Assembly: GCA_022797145.1 (NCBI GenBank)
Contig: JAAWKA010000001.1
Location: 125,745 to 189,744, forward strand
Length of the DNA stretch: 64,000 nt
DNA from: Clostridia bacterium
GTDB taxonomy: Bacteria > Bacillota > Clostridia > TANB77 > CAG-508
Direction of reading: 5' to 3'
Positions 35,767 to 45,476 of this stretch are shown here, in pieces. The position numbers and the translations under genes were made by a program. Every line of letters starts with the position of its first letter. The first letter of the stretch is position 1. The notes below the pieces were generated by a model. The model ran no database searches and had not been told where the DNA came from. It worked only from the letters and a program-made list of their open reading frames with translations.

Positions 35767-36444
35767 TTAATTTATCTCATCACTTGCAATTTTTCCATCC
35801 TTTATTGTTATTATTCTTTGAGCTTCTTTTGCAAGTTTTTGATCATGTGTTATCATTATTAAAGTTTGATTATATTCTTTATTTGAAAATTTTAGTAAAT
35901 CTAATATCTCTTTTGAGTTTTTACTATCTAAATTTCCTGTTGGTTCATCTGCAAGAATAATTGCTGGTTCTGTAATAAGGCTTCTTCCTATTGATACACG
36001 TTGTTGTTGCCCACCTGATAGTTGATTTGGTAAATGTTTTGTTCTTTTTTCTAGGCCTAAGTTTTTAATAATTTGTTCTAATTTTTTCTCATCTATTGGT
36101 CTGTGATCTAAAGATACTGGTAAAGAAATGTTTTCTTCTACATTTAATATTGGAATTAAGTTGTAAAATTGATATATCAATCCAATATTTCTTCTCCTAA
36201 AAATTGCAAGTTCATTATTATTTAAAGAGTATATATCTTGATTGTTTATATAAACTTTTCCTTTAGTGGGTCTATCTACTCCTCCTAGTATATGTAACAT
36301 TGTAGACTTTCCTGAACCTGATGGTCCAATTATTGATACAAATTCTCCTTTTTGTATACTAAAGGAGATATCATCTAATGCAACTACTTGTGTTTCACCT
36401 TTTCCATAAATTTTAGATAAATTTTCTACTTTTAAAATTTCCAT
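35767..36444 (-). CDS. ABC transporter ATP-binding protein (MacB/LolD-like)
   Basis: Walker A GPSGSGKST, signature LSGGQQQRV, Walker B ILADEPTGNLD. Confidence 0.92.
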   Translation of the reverse strand: MEILKVENLSKIYGKGETQVVALDDISFSIQKGEFVSIIGPSGSGKSTMLHILGGVDRPTKGKVYINNQDIYSLNNNELAIFRRRNIGLIYQFYNLIPILNVEENISLPVSLDHRPIDEKKLEQIIKNLGLEKRTKHLPNQLSGGQQQRVSIGRSLITEPAIILADEPTGNLDSKNSKEILDLLKFSNKEYNQTLIMITHDQKLAKEAQRIITIKDGKIASDEIN

Positions 36445-36498
36445 TCTTTTCCCTCCATACTTTGTTTAAATTATTATAATCTATTTTTTTTATTTTTT

Positions 36499-36549
36499 TA
36501 ATATCTTTAAGAATTTCTTAATATTTTTAATAAATTCTTAAAGATATTA
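36499..36549. repeat. Perfect 18-bp inverted repeat upstream of the ABC operon
   Basis: TAATATCTTTAAGAATTT (36499-36516) / AAATTCTTAAAGATATTA (36532-36549), with a 15-nt spacer and no U-tract on either side. Confidence 0.7.
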
Positions 36550-36583
36550 AAAACATTATTCAAGTATTGAATAATGTTTTTTT
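36549..36583. terminator. Bidirectional terminator
   Basis: AAAACATTATTCAA-GTA-TTGAATAATGTTTT with flanking A/T runs. Confidence 0.65.
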
Positions 36584-36591
36584 GATAAGTT

Positions 36592-36885
36592 TTATACCCT
36601 TTTTCCCTCTAATTTAAAATTTCCTTTGTTTGTATTTGCCATTAATTCTAATTTGTTTCCTGTTACAATACAAGTTGCACTATAGTCTATTGCTCCTAAT
36701 GGTGTATTAAATTTTCCTGTAAATTTACACTGATTTTCATTTAGTTTCTCTCCTTGAAAACTATTTTTCATTCCCATTGTTTCTATTGTACCTTGAACTT
36801 TATTTTCTCTGCACATTAAGGTAATATTTCCTGTAATTGCTCCCATTGGTGTGTTTAGTGAAGCTTGGTATTTTCCATCTAGCAT
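36592..36885 (-). CDS. Hypothetical 97-aa protein with an internal duplication
   Basis: Repeated NTPMGAI.../NTPLGAI... segments. No family recognised. Confidence 0.5.
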   Translation of the reverse strand: MLDGKYQASLNTPMGAITGNITLMCRENKVQGTIETMGMKNSFQGEKLNENQCKFTGKFNTPLGAIDYSATCIVTGNKLELMANTNKGNFKLEGKRV

Positions 36886-37004
36886 GTATTTACCTCCTAT
36901 ATTATTTATGTTTAAATATATTATATGATTTCAATTTTTATTCGTGATAATATTACTTTTTTAAATAAAAAATGCTCTATCCTAAATGATAAAGCATTTT
37001 TTAT

Positions 37005-37694
37005 TTATATAGCCTCTTTGTTTTCTTCTTCATTTTCCTCTTCTTTTTCAGTTATTATTTCTAAACTACCTATTGAAACTTCATATGCAATTCTTGTTTC
37101 TGTTGTTCCATTTTCAAGTTTCTTTTCATAACTCCTAGATTGAACTCTACCAGTTATTTTAACCTCTGTCCCTACTTCTAAATCTTGACAAAATCTTGCT
37201 GTTCTTCCCCATGCTATTGCTGGAATATAGTCTGATTTATTATATGCTCTGTTTACTGCTAATAATAAATCTGCAATTTCACGTCCAAATGGTGTTTGAC
37301 GATAAATTGGTTTTTTACATATATATCCAGTTAAAATAACTTCGTTTGATACATGTTCTTTAACCTCTTCTTGCTCTTTTAAGTTTTCTATTTCTTCTTG
37401 TAATAAGATGTCTTTTGCAAATACTGTCAATATCAATTTGTTTCTTTCATTTTCATAACTATTATATGATCTAAATTGTCCTTTTATTAATATCTTGCTT
37501 CCAATTTGTAAATCTTCTTTAATTAATCTTTCTGATATAGTTACTGGTATAATATCAGCATTACTACTTAGTCTTGCTACCTCCATATCAAATATGTAAA
37601 ATCTTTCTCCATAAATTTCGTGACTAAATCTTTTTTCACTTGTAACTTTCCCCATTAATACTAAATGGTTGTTATCTGCATAATTTATATTCAT
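37005..37694 (-). CDS. SSB-like protein with two OB-fold-like halves and an acidic tail
   Basis: Two similar halves (LMGKV...IKGQFRSY and LTGYI...ITGRVQSRSYE) and an acidic C-terminus EKEEENEEENKE. GGGAGG SD. Confidence 0.55.
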   Translation of the reverse strand: MNINYADNNHLVLMGKVTSEKRFSHEIYGERFYIFDMEVARLSSNADIIPVTISERLIKEDLQIGSKILIKGQFRSYNSYENERNKLILTVFAKDILLQEEIENLKEQEEVKEHVSNEVILTGYICKKPIYRQTPFGREIADLLLAVNRAYNKSDYIPAIAWGRTARFCQDLEVGTEVKITGRVQSRSYEKKLENGTTETRIAYEVSIGSLEIITEKEEENEEENKEAI

Positions 37695-37846
37695 GGTGCT
37701 TTTTCCTCCCTATTTTTTATTTTATCTATTGTATCTTATTCATTAGGTTATCATTTTAGAATATTTTTTTGTTCGTATGTTTCTATTATACTACTTTTTT
37801 TTGGTTTTGTCTACATAAAATGTTAAATTTGGAAAATTTTATATTT

Positions 37847-38350
37847 TTAAAGTTTAAAATCCTTTTTATTATATATTATAAATAGTGTAACCAAGCCCAT
37901 AAGTAAAGATATATTGGTTTTATTGTTATTTATCTTTACCATTAATTCTTGTTCTTCTATTAATTCTTTTTTTACATTTTCTACTGTTCTTTGTATACAA
38001 ATTAATATATTTTCTTCATTCACACTTGAAGCTGTTATTGTAGATTTTGAATTAAATCCAAAAGTTATAACTTTTATATTTATATTATCTAAAACTAGTA
38101 AATTAGTTTTTATATCAGCATTTATTATTAAATATTTTACTCCTGATATAATATTTTTTAATATATCTATTTTTTTTAGAATCTTTTCATTATTTCCAGT
38201 AATTAATAATGTTTCAAATCTTATATTTTTTATATTAGTTATGTTTTTTTCAGTTATATTTATTACAGTATCAGTAGAAAAGTTTTTGTTTATTACTTTA
38301 TTTACATATGCTTCATTTTTATTTTCAGATATAATTCCTATAAGAGACAT
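37847..38350 (-). CDS. Hypothetical protein with a C-terminal TM helix
   Basis: GGGAGA SD. Weak resemblance to a Mur-ligase segment (YLIINAD...VITFG); not assigned. Confidence 0.45.
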   Translation of the reverse strand: MSLIGIISENKNEAYVNKVINKNFSTDTVINITEKNITNIKNIRFETLLITGNNEKILKKIDILKNIISGVKYLIINADIKTNLLVLDNINIKVITFGFNSKSTITASSVNEENILICIQRTVENVKKELIEEQELMVKINNNKTNISLLMGLVTLFIIYNKKDFKL

Positions 38351-38415
38351 CTCATTTTCTCCCTTTTTTATTATGAGTTTATTATATCCTTGTTATAAAA
38401 TTTTATTCTTAATAA

Positions 38416-38464
38416 AAAGACTTAATACCAATAAGCAATTTTGCTATATTGGTATTAAGTCTTT
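38416..38464 (-). terminator. Terminator hairpin with an 18-bp perfect stem
   Basis: AAAGACTTAATACCAATA / TATTGGTATTAAGTCTTT with a 13-nt loop, immediately downstream of the lipoprotein gene. Confidence 0.6.
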
Positions 38465-38467
38465 TGC

Positions 38468-39187
38468 CTAATTTACTATTACTCTTAAAGTAGCATTTGG
38501 ATAAGCATTTTTTATCTGCATCAGCCAGTTTTTGTTAAAGTCTCCTGAGGTATATATAACTAGTTTAAAAGATTTATGATTTATAATACTTGTGTCTACC
38601 TCATTTTCATCTATTCCATTGTCAAATAGATAAATACTCTCTTTTCCTTCTTCTAATAGTTGTTCTATGATAGAACTAATGTTAATTTTTTCAGAATATT
38701 TTGATGACATTCTATATAATGCCTCTATTCCCTCGACTTTTTGCTGTATCTGCTGTTCTTCGTCACTATAAACATTAATCATCTCAAGTTTATTTCCTTC
38801 TTCAAGTCCTTTTGCCCAGTGTTTTGGAGTTCCTTCTTTAAATATTATTATTCCACCATCATATTCTTTTCTTTGTTCTTCGATAGAAAGAGTTTCTATT
38901 GGTGGTAATAATATATTTTGTTGTTGCGTTATTTTTTCAGTACTGTTTTCACTTTGTGTAATGGTACCATTCTTTGAATTTTTCAAGTTCTTTAGTTCAC
39001 TTTCTGTTTTCTCAATAATTTGCATATTTTCGTTAACTATTTCTGTTTTCTCTGAAGCTATTAGTGCTTCTAGTTTGTCAATTCTTTCTTCTAACCGTTT
39101 TATTTCTCTTTGCTCTTTTGTTCCACTACATCCAACTATACTTACTGTTAATAGTAACATAAAAATAATACTTATTATTTTTTTCAT
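38468..39187 (-). CDS. Putative lipoprotein
   Basis: Signal peptide with lipobox MKKIISIIFMLLLTVSIVGC|SG. GGAGG 9 nt upstream of ATG 39187. Confidence 0.7.
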   Translation of the reverse strand: MKKIISIIFMLLLTVSIVGCSGTKEQREIKRLEERIDKLEALIASEKTEIVNENMQIIEKTESELKNLKNSKNGTITQSENSTEKITQQQNILLPPIETLSIEEQRKEYDGGIIIFKEGTPKHWAKGLEEGNKLEMINVYSDEEQQIQQKVEGIEALYRMSSKYSEKINISSIIEQLLEEGKESIYLFDNGIDENEVDTSIINHKSFKLVIYTSGDFNKNWLMQIKNAYPNATLRVIVN

Positions 39188-39276
39188 ATTGCATTTCCTC
39201 CATTTTTCCACATTTTTTATATTTTTATTATACAATATCTGATATTTTTTGTCAATTTGTACAATTTTATGCTTTA

Positions 39277-39313
39277 TAAAAAAAATAGATAGAAACTTAA
39301 ATTTCTATCTATT
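39277..39313 (-). terminator. Intrinsic terminator
   Basis: Minus strand reads AATAGATAGAAA-loop-TTTCTATCTATT followed by a T-run. Confidence 0.7.
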
Positions 39314-39317
39314 TTGC

Positions 39318-40526
39318 TTAATTATTTATAAATTCATGCCCTGTTCCTATAAAGGTTCCTATTTTATTTACTTCTTCTTCTGATTTTAAAATTATATTCC
39401 TATATATATGTTCTGGATTAATTGTTACTTCCTCACTAAATAAGTCTAAATGTTTTACTTCTTGTTCTGTCATAGCTTTAGTCCATACTTTAAAACATGA
39501 CATTTCTCCATACATTCTTCTATCATAGCTCCTATCCCAAGATAATCCAATGAAAAACTCTGGGTATGCAGTTAAATTTGGTGAATATTCTCCAATAAAT
39601 TGTTGATCTATATATAATTTGGTTGTTCTATCTTTTCTTGTAACTATTATATCTATCCATTCATCATAATATGGTAAATAATTTAAAACTACTCCATCTA
39701 CATTTACTACTCCATATCCTCCAAATTGCATAAGAATGCCTTGTCCTGTTGTATGATTTCCAAAAACCCCCATATTAGCTTGTTGAAAATTACTAATCAG
39801 TTTTAATTTAAAGGCTATTGTACATTCATCTGCTATATCTGTTTGTTGTATATCTGTTTGTATATGTGATGTTCCATTAAATTTTAGATATTGTGTTGGT
39901 CCATCTATATAAAAATTAACATCTTTTGTATATTCTAATGTTTTTGTCTCTCCATTTTCCTTAGTTCCTGTTATTATAAATTTATAGCTACCATTATCAG
40001 TTATTTTATGTGGTAAACTTGGTTCTATTGTTACTTCTTTAAAGTCTCCTAATGTATCTACTTCAAAATTAATATATGTTTCTTTAGGTCTAGTTACTGA
40101 ATTTATTCCTACATTTCCTTGTATATCTCTTGTTACTTTAACTGAACCTTTTTTTATTTTTAATCCACTATCTGATATATATTCTCCTATGTATTCTATA
40201 TTTCTTTGTTCATCTAAAAGATATTCTCTATTTGTATCCTTATATATGACTGTTATAGTATTATCTCCATTGTCTATTACTTCTACATTAGAATTTGTTG
40301 ATGTTAATTTTTCTTTTAGTTGTTCTGCTGTAGCTATTTCATCTTTTTTATCTACTACATTATCCATTTTAGAATTGGCTACAGCTAATGTTATTTGTTC
40401 TTTTTCATTTGCTTTTTGCGTTTCTATTTGAGCCCTTTTAGCTATATTTATTATTCCATTTTCTCCCAATGTTAAATTTAATGCTATTCCTGCTAAGATT
40501 AGTAATATTATTATTGTAAATAGATT
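39318..40526 (-). pseudogene. 5'-truncated pilin-like LamG-domain paralogue (no signal/cleavage motif, no SD)
   Basis: The frame is open upstream of the TTG at 40469 back to a stop at 40527-40529. It reads NLFTIIILLILAGIALNLTLGENGII, that is, only the distal part of the pilin-like hydrophobic helix. One LamG-like module follows. Confidence 0.6.
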
Positions 40527-40613
40527 TTATATTTTTTATAACAACATTAAGTTAATTTATAGTACTTACTAGTTTAGTTATATATTAAAATTACTATAAG
40601 TTAGCATTAATAA

Positions 40614-40655
40614 CAAAAAAATAAAGATAGAATTTGTTCTATCTTTATTTTTTTA
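40614..40655. terminator. Terminator after the full-length LamG gene
   Basis: ATAAAGATAGAA-TTTG-TTCTATCTTTAT flanked by A and T runs. Confidence 0.75.
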
Positions 40656-42248
40656 TTAATGTCTTAAAACATATGTATAATTAGATCCTACAAAACTTCC
40701 AATTTCTGCTATTTTTTCATTGCTTTCTAATATTGCTTGACCATATATTTGTTCTTGGGCTACTCCCTCTTCTTGTAGCATATCTATTTGCTCTACTTCA
40801 TCTTTTGTTAATTCTTTTCTCCACATTTTTATTGAAGCAAATTCTCCTTTCATTGATCTTGAAGGACTTTCATATCCCAATCCAATCAATATTTTATATG
40901 TATAATTAAAATTAAAGTTAGCCTCATGTATAAATTCTTTATTAATATATAGTTTGTTTATTGTATTGTTATGAACATGTACAATATCTATCCATTGATC
41001 ATAATAAGGTGTATAATCAAGATATTTTGCAGCAATATTTAGTTGTGTTGAATTTGAATTAAATTGCCAAGTATATCCATTTGGATGATACCCCAAAATG
41101 TTCATGTGTGCCATTCCTGTTTGTTGAAGTTTGTTTATTTTAATTCTTGCGGCTATAGTATATTCTCCTGTTCCTGACATAAAGTCAGTTTGATTCCAAT
41201 TTGTATTAATATATGTACCACCTAAAAATTTTACTGCATATTTTAGTTCAAAATCTCTTAATTCGTATCTTTGTTCCCCTTTTATTTCTCCTATTTTTTG
41301 TACATCTTCTTCACTATCTAATATTGTTTGTAATTTTATGTTTGCACTTTTTATGCTTGTTGTATCTGTTAATAGATTTAATTTTTCTACTTCTTCTTGT
41401 TCTAGTGATTTATTCCATACTTTTACAGATGCTATCATACCTTTCATTCCTGTAGGTTGTGATGAATATCCTATTCCTATTAATAAGTTTCCATATGGTG
41501 TTATTGTATTTTCCTCTTCTTTTATTAGTTGTCCATTTATATATATTTTGTTTACTCCATTTTCATATGTTGTTACAATATCTATCCATTTATTATAATA
41601 GTTTTGATAATCTATATTTATCATTTTATTTTGATTACCTATTCCTAATTCTTGTGTTTTTTGATTAAATTGCCATACAAATCCTTGAGCACCTACTGAA
41701 TTTCCTAAAATTCCCATGTTATTTACTGCCTGTTGACCTACGTTACTTATCTTCACTCTTGCTCCTATTGTAAATCCTTTTGTTGTTTCTATAAAATTGC
41801 TTTGTTGTAAATTTGTTTCAATATATCCCTCTCCATCTAATACTATTGCTTTTTCCTTTTTAGTTACTTTTTCTTCTTCTGGCTCTGGCTCCTCTATTAC
41901 TCCTCCTGCAATTTTAGGTACACTTCTATCTATTTCAAATTTCCAGCCATCTACATTTACAAAATCCCCATTAACCGCTATTCCTTGTTCTATCAATTTA
42001 CTATTTATATAATCATTTTCATTGTATTCTGGATCTATATGTTTATCTGCTCCTATATCCATTAATATAATTTCTAATTTTTCTCTTGCTTGTTTTTCTT
42101 CATATATGTTTCCTGATTGTACTGCTTTATTTAATATTCCATTATCTCCAATCATAAAGTTTATTGTTATTCCTGCTAAAATTAAAAGTATTATTATTGT
42201 AATTATTAATGCTATTAATGTTATTCCTTTTTCTAAATTGCTTTTCAT
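40656..42248 (-). CDS. Prepilin-like N-terminal helix protein with two LamG (concanavalin-like lectin) modules
   Basis: MKSNLEKGITLIALIITIIILLILAGITI... (type IV pilin-like leader and helix). Two roughly 150-aa repeats carry W(I/V)DIV and KVW/KMW motifs. AAGGAGAG SD lies 7 nt before ATG 42248. Confidence 0.7.
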   Translation of the reverse strand: MKSNLEKGITLIALIITIIILLILAGITINFMIGDNGILNKAVQSGNIYEEKQAREKLEIILMDIGADKHIDPEYNENDYINSKLIEQGIAVNGDFVNVDGWKFEIDRSVPKIAGGVIEEPEPEEEKVTKKEKAIVLDGEGYIETNLQQSNFIETTKGFTIGARVKISNVGQQAVNNMGILGNSVGAQGFVWQFNQKTQELGIGNQNKMINIDYQNYYNKWIDIVTTYENGVNKIYINGQLIKEEENTITPYGNLLIGIGYSSQPTGMKGMIASVKVWNKSLEQEEVEKLNLLTDTTSIKSANIKLQTILDSEEDVQKIGEIKGEQRYELRDFELKYAVKFLGGTYINTNWNQTDFMSGTGEYTIAARIKINKLQQTGMAHMNILGYHPNGYTWQFNSNSTQLNIAAKYLDYTPYYDQWIDIVHVHNNTINKLYINKEFIHEANFNFNYTYKILIGLGYESPSRSMKGEFASIKMWRKELTKDEVEQIDMLQEEGVAQEQIYGQAILESNEKIAEIGSFVGSNYTYVLRH

Positions 42249-42454
42249 TTGTATTCTCTCCTTTTTAATTTTTTCCATTTTATAACATAATATTTTATTT
42301 GTAAACATTTAGTATATTACGATACATAATTTTGTTCATAATATTAACTTTAAAAATTTTACTCTTTTACTAAAATAGTATTAATTAAATATCTCCAGAA
42401 ACAAGTAATTAATTGTTTCTAGAGCACATATTATTTAAATTTTTATATCATATA

Positions 42455-43648
42455 TTATTCTATCTTTTTTCCACATTCTGAACAAAATTTATTTCCTAAG
42501 TTCAATTCTTTTCCACATTCTGAACAGAATTTTTTTGTTGGTTTACTCGCTCCACATTGTGAACAAAAACTTCCTGTTTCTTGTGTTTGACAGTTTGGAC
42601 ATTTCCATTGTAATGGTTTATTTAATGATGTGTCTTCTTTTGACTGTGAATTATTTCCAAATACTCCTTGAGCTACTTCATTCATGTTGCTTCCCATAAT
42701 TGAACCTATATTCATTCCCATAAATGTTCCTACTGTACCACCTTCATTTTTGGCAGCATCTTTCATAGCTTGAGCTGTTGCTGCTGTTAGTACTCCTTTT
42801 CCATTTTTTGTTGCTATATGTATTTCATCATATTTTCTTACATCTTCTTTTGATTGTTCCGTTAATGATACTGATGGTATTGCTACTGATATTACTTCAA
42901 TTCCCCTTGTTTGCAACCATTCTTCATCTAACTCATCATTCATTAATTTGGCTAATTGTTTTTGATATCTTGGTAACTCATTAAATGATATGCTTTCTTC
43001 ATGTGCAAGAGTTGCTAATGCTGATGTTAGACTTGTCATAAATTCCTCTTTTAGTTGTCCTCCATTAGTGAATATATCAGTAGTTACAATGTCTTGTGAT
43101 GCTGACCCTATAATATTTGAAATAAGTATTATTGGGTCTTTTACTTGAATTGAATATTTACCAAAAAATCTTAAATATAATGTTATATCATATTTAGGAT
43201 CCATAAATGGCATTGGCTCTGCTGTTCCAAAAGTAAGTCCTTGTATTTCTTTTGTATTTATGTAGTATACTCTTTGATCTGTTGCTGGCTGTCCTCCATA
43301 TTTAAAATTGTCTCCAATTTTTTTGACTGAATCTATTATTCCTTTTCCAAATCCTCCATAAAATATTGATGACTCTGTTGAATTATCATAAATAAATTCT
43401 CCTGGTTCTGCTGTAAATTCTGTAACTTTTCCTTGATCTATAATCATCATTGCCATTCCTTCTGGTACTGCTATTTTAGTTCCCTTTGTTAGTACTCCTT
43501 TTGTTGATTTTGTATTTGAACCATTTCTTTTAGGATAACCTCTTTGAACTAATATATTTGAACTTGTTTCTTCTACTGTTATATACTCTAACCACTGGTT
43601 AGCAAGTGTTGTTCCTAATGCATCTTTTGTAGCTTTTAATAATCCCAT
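42455..43648 (-). CDS. SPFH-domain protein with a C-terminal double zinc ribbon (YdjI/COG4260-like)
   Basis: About 330-aa SPFH-like body, then CPNCQ..CSQCG and CSECG..CSECG. Confidence 0.65.
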   Translation of the reverse strand: MGLLKATKDALGTTLANQWLEYITVEETSSNILVQRGYPKRNGSNTKSTKGVLTKGTKIAVPEGMAMMIIDQGKVTEFTAEPGEFIYDNSTESSIFYGGFGKGIIDSVKKIGDNFKYGGQPATDQRVYYINTKEIQGLTFGTAEPMPFMDPKYDITLYLRFFGKYSIQVKDPIILISNIIGSASQDIVTTDIFTNGGQLKEEFMTSLTSALATLAHEESISFNELPRYQKQLAKLMNDELDEEWLQTRGIEVISVAIPSVSLTEQSKEDVRKYDEIHIATKNGKGVLTAATAQAMKDAAKNEGGTVGTFMGMNIGSIMGSNMNEVAQGVFGNNSQSKEDTSLNKPLQWKCPNCQTQETGSFCSQCGASKPTKKFCSECGKELNLGNKFCSECGKKIE

Positions 43649-43667
43649 TTTTATTCCTCCTAAATTA

Positions 43668-44564
43668 TTATATTGATTCTAAACTTGTAAGTACCCAATC
43701 ATGTTCGCCTGTTGTTATAATACTTCCACAGTATTGACATTTTCCTGATGATGTAATTTCTGTTGGTGCACCACAATTTGGACAATTTGTAGTATTTATG
43801 TCATTTGTTCCCTCTTTTGTTTTTCTTCCTATTTTTCTTGCAAATACTAATCTATATGTCATATATTTGTCTTCTACTTTATTTCCCATTAATACTTCTT
43901 TTGTTTTTTCATCTATTATATAGTCTATCATTACTGCTTTTAATGTAATACTTAAAATTTCTTTATCTCCATCTATTAAAAAATCATGTAATTCTGCATA
44001 TGACACAGATATTCTTTCTATTATATTAATTTTATGGCTATCTATATACTCTTGTAATTGTGCTGAATGTTGTTCAAATAATTCATCACTTTCAAAAGGT
44101 CTTACTTCTGACCAATCTCTTTTAGTCCATGCCTTTTGTAATTTTATAAATACTTCCTTAGCCCATGCTAAAAATTTTTGTTCTGAAAAATTGGGGTCTA
44201 TTTGTTTTATTTCTTCAGCTATTTCTCTTGTATTGTCCTTAATATTATTATTTTTAATTATTGTATTAAAATCATTATTTCTATGTATTTGACTATTTTT
44301 CAGTATAGCTACTATTACCATAAATAGAATGAATCCCCCTATACTAATTGGAATGGGAATAGGTAATGTAGTACTTCCACTGCTGCTCCTGTATGTAGAA
44401 CCTGATGTACTTCTTCTATATGATGATGAACCGCTACTACTTGAAGAACTTTTATATCTTTGATGACTTCCAACATCTGCATGTTTTATTGTATGTATTG
44501 ATATTATGGCTAGTATTGTGAACGTAATTATAGATATTTTTAGAAATCTCTTTTGTTTCTCCAT
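43668..44564 (-). CDS. Tim44-like domain membrane protein with a Ser-rich linker and C-terminal zinc ribbon
   Basis: N-terminal TM helix, poly-Ser tract, second TM helix, Tim44-like region (FLAWAKEVF...WSEVRPF) and CPNCGAP...CQYCGS. Confidence 0.6.
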   Translation of the reverse strand: MEKQKRFLKISIITFTILAIISIHTIKHADVGSHQRYKSSSSSSGSSSYRRSTSGSTYRSSSGSTTLPIPIPISIGGFILFMVIVAILKNSQIHRNNDFNTIIKNNNIKDNTREIAEEIKQIDPNFSEQKFLAWAKEVFIKLQKAWTKRDWSEVRPFESDELFEQHSAQLQEYIDSHKINIIERISVSYAELHDFLIDGDKEILSITLKAVMIDYIIDEKTKEVLMGNKVEDKYMTYRLVFARKIGRKTKEGTNDINTTNCPNCGAPTEITSSGKCQYCGSIITTGEHDWVLTSLESI

Positions 44565-44632
44565 TTCTTACACTCCTTGTATTTTCTTATTATATTATAT
44601 CGATTTTTGAAATTTTTGTAAACCTTTTAATA

Positions 44633-45409
44633 TTATTTTATTTGCTTTTGAATTCCACTATTGTCTATTGTATAGTTTTCATTATATATTAATTCTGATA
44701 CTGGTACTATATTATATCCTTTTTGTATTATATTATATATTATTTTGTCTAAGCTATCTGCTGTATGTTTTGTTCCATTATGCATTAATATAATGCTTCC
44801 ATTTGTTAATTTATCCTTTATTCTATTCCACATTTGGTCTCCTGTTAACCCTGTGTAATCTAAAGTATCTATAGACCATTGTATTGTTTTATGACTTTCT
44901 TCTTCTGCAGCTTTTATTACAGTATTGTTATATTCTCCATATGGTCCTCTATAAAGATTAGTTTTTTGTCCTGTTATTTTCTCTATTCTATCACTACACT
45001 TCCTTATTTGTTCTTTATTTTTTTCTAATGATAGCTCATTTACATGTGGATGTGTATCTGAATGATTTCCAATACTATGCCCTGAATCAGCTATCTTTTT
45101 TACCTCTTTTGGAAACTTTTCTACCCAGTCTCCTACCATAAAAAAAGTTACATGTACTTTATATTTACTTAATGTATCTAAAATGCTGTCAATATCCTCT
45201 GCATTCCATGCACAATTTATTGTTAAGGATATATTTTTTTCATTTGTATCTACACTGTAAATTGGCAATAATTTACTTTGATTTGCAGATATCTGTATTG
45301 TATCTAAATTATGTGGCATAAAAAATGTAGCTCCACAAAACAATATAGCAACTGTTAATAATGCTATTACATATGAATATATTTTTTGCTTGTTAAATAT
45401 GATAAGCAT
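44633..45409 (-). CDS. Polysaccharide deacetylase (NodB homology domain)
   Basis: TFFMVGDW, GNHSDTHPH, LMHNG motifs, with an N-terminal TM anchor. Confidence 0.85.
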   Translation of the reverse strand: MLIIFNKQKIYSYVIALLTVAILFCGATFFMPHNLDTIQISANQSKLLPIYSVDTNEKNISLTINCAWNAEDIDSILDTLSKYKVHVTFFMVGDWVEKFPKEVKKIADSGHSIGNHSDTHPHVNELSLEKNKEQIRKCSDRIEKITGQKTNLYRGPYGEYNNTVIKAAEEESHKTIQWSIDTLDYTGLTGDQMWNRIKDKLTNGSIILMHNGTKHTADSLDKIIYNIIQKGYNIVPVSELIYNENYTIDNSGIQKQIK

Positions 45410-45476
45410 AATAAAACCTCCTATTATAAGCTGTTTAATTTTATGCTTATTTTAGAAGGTTTATGTTTAATTATTT

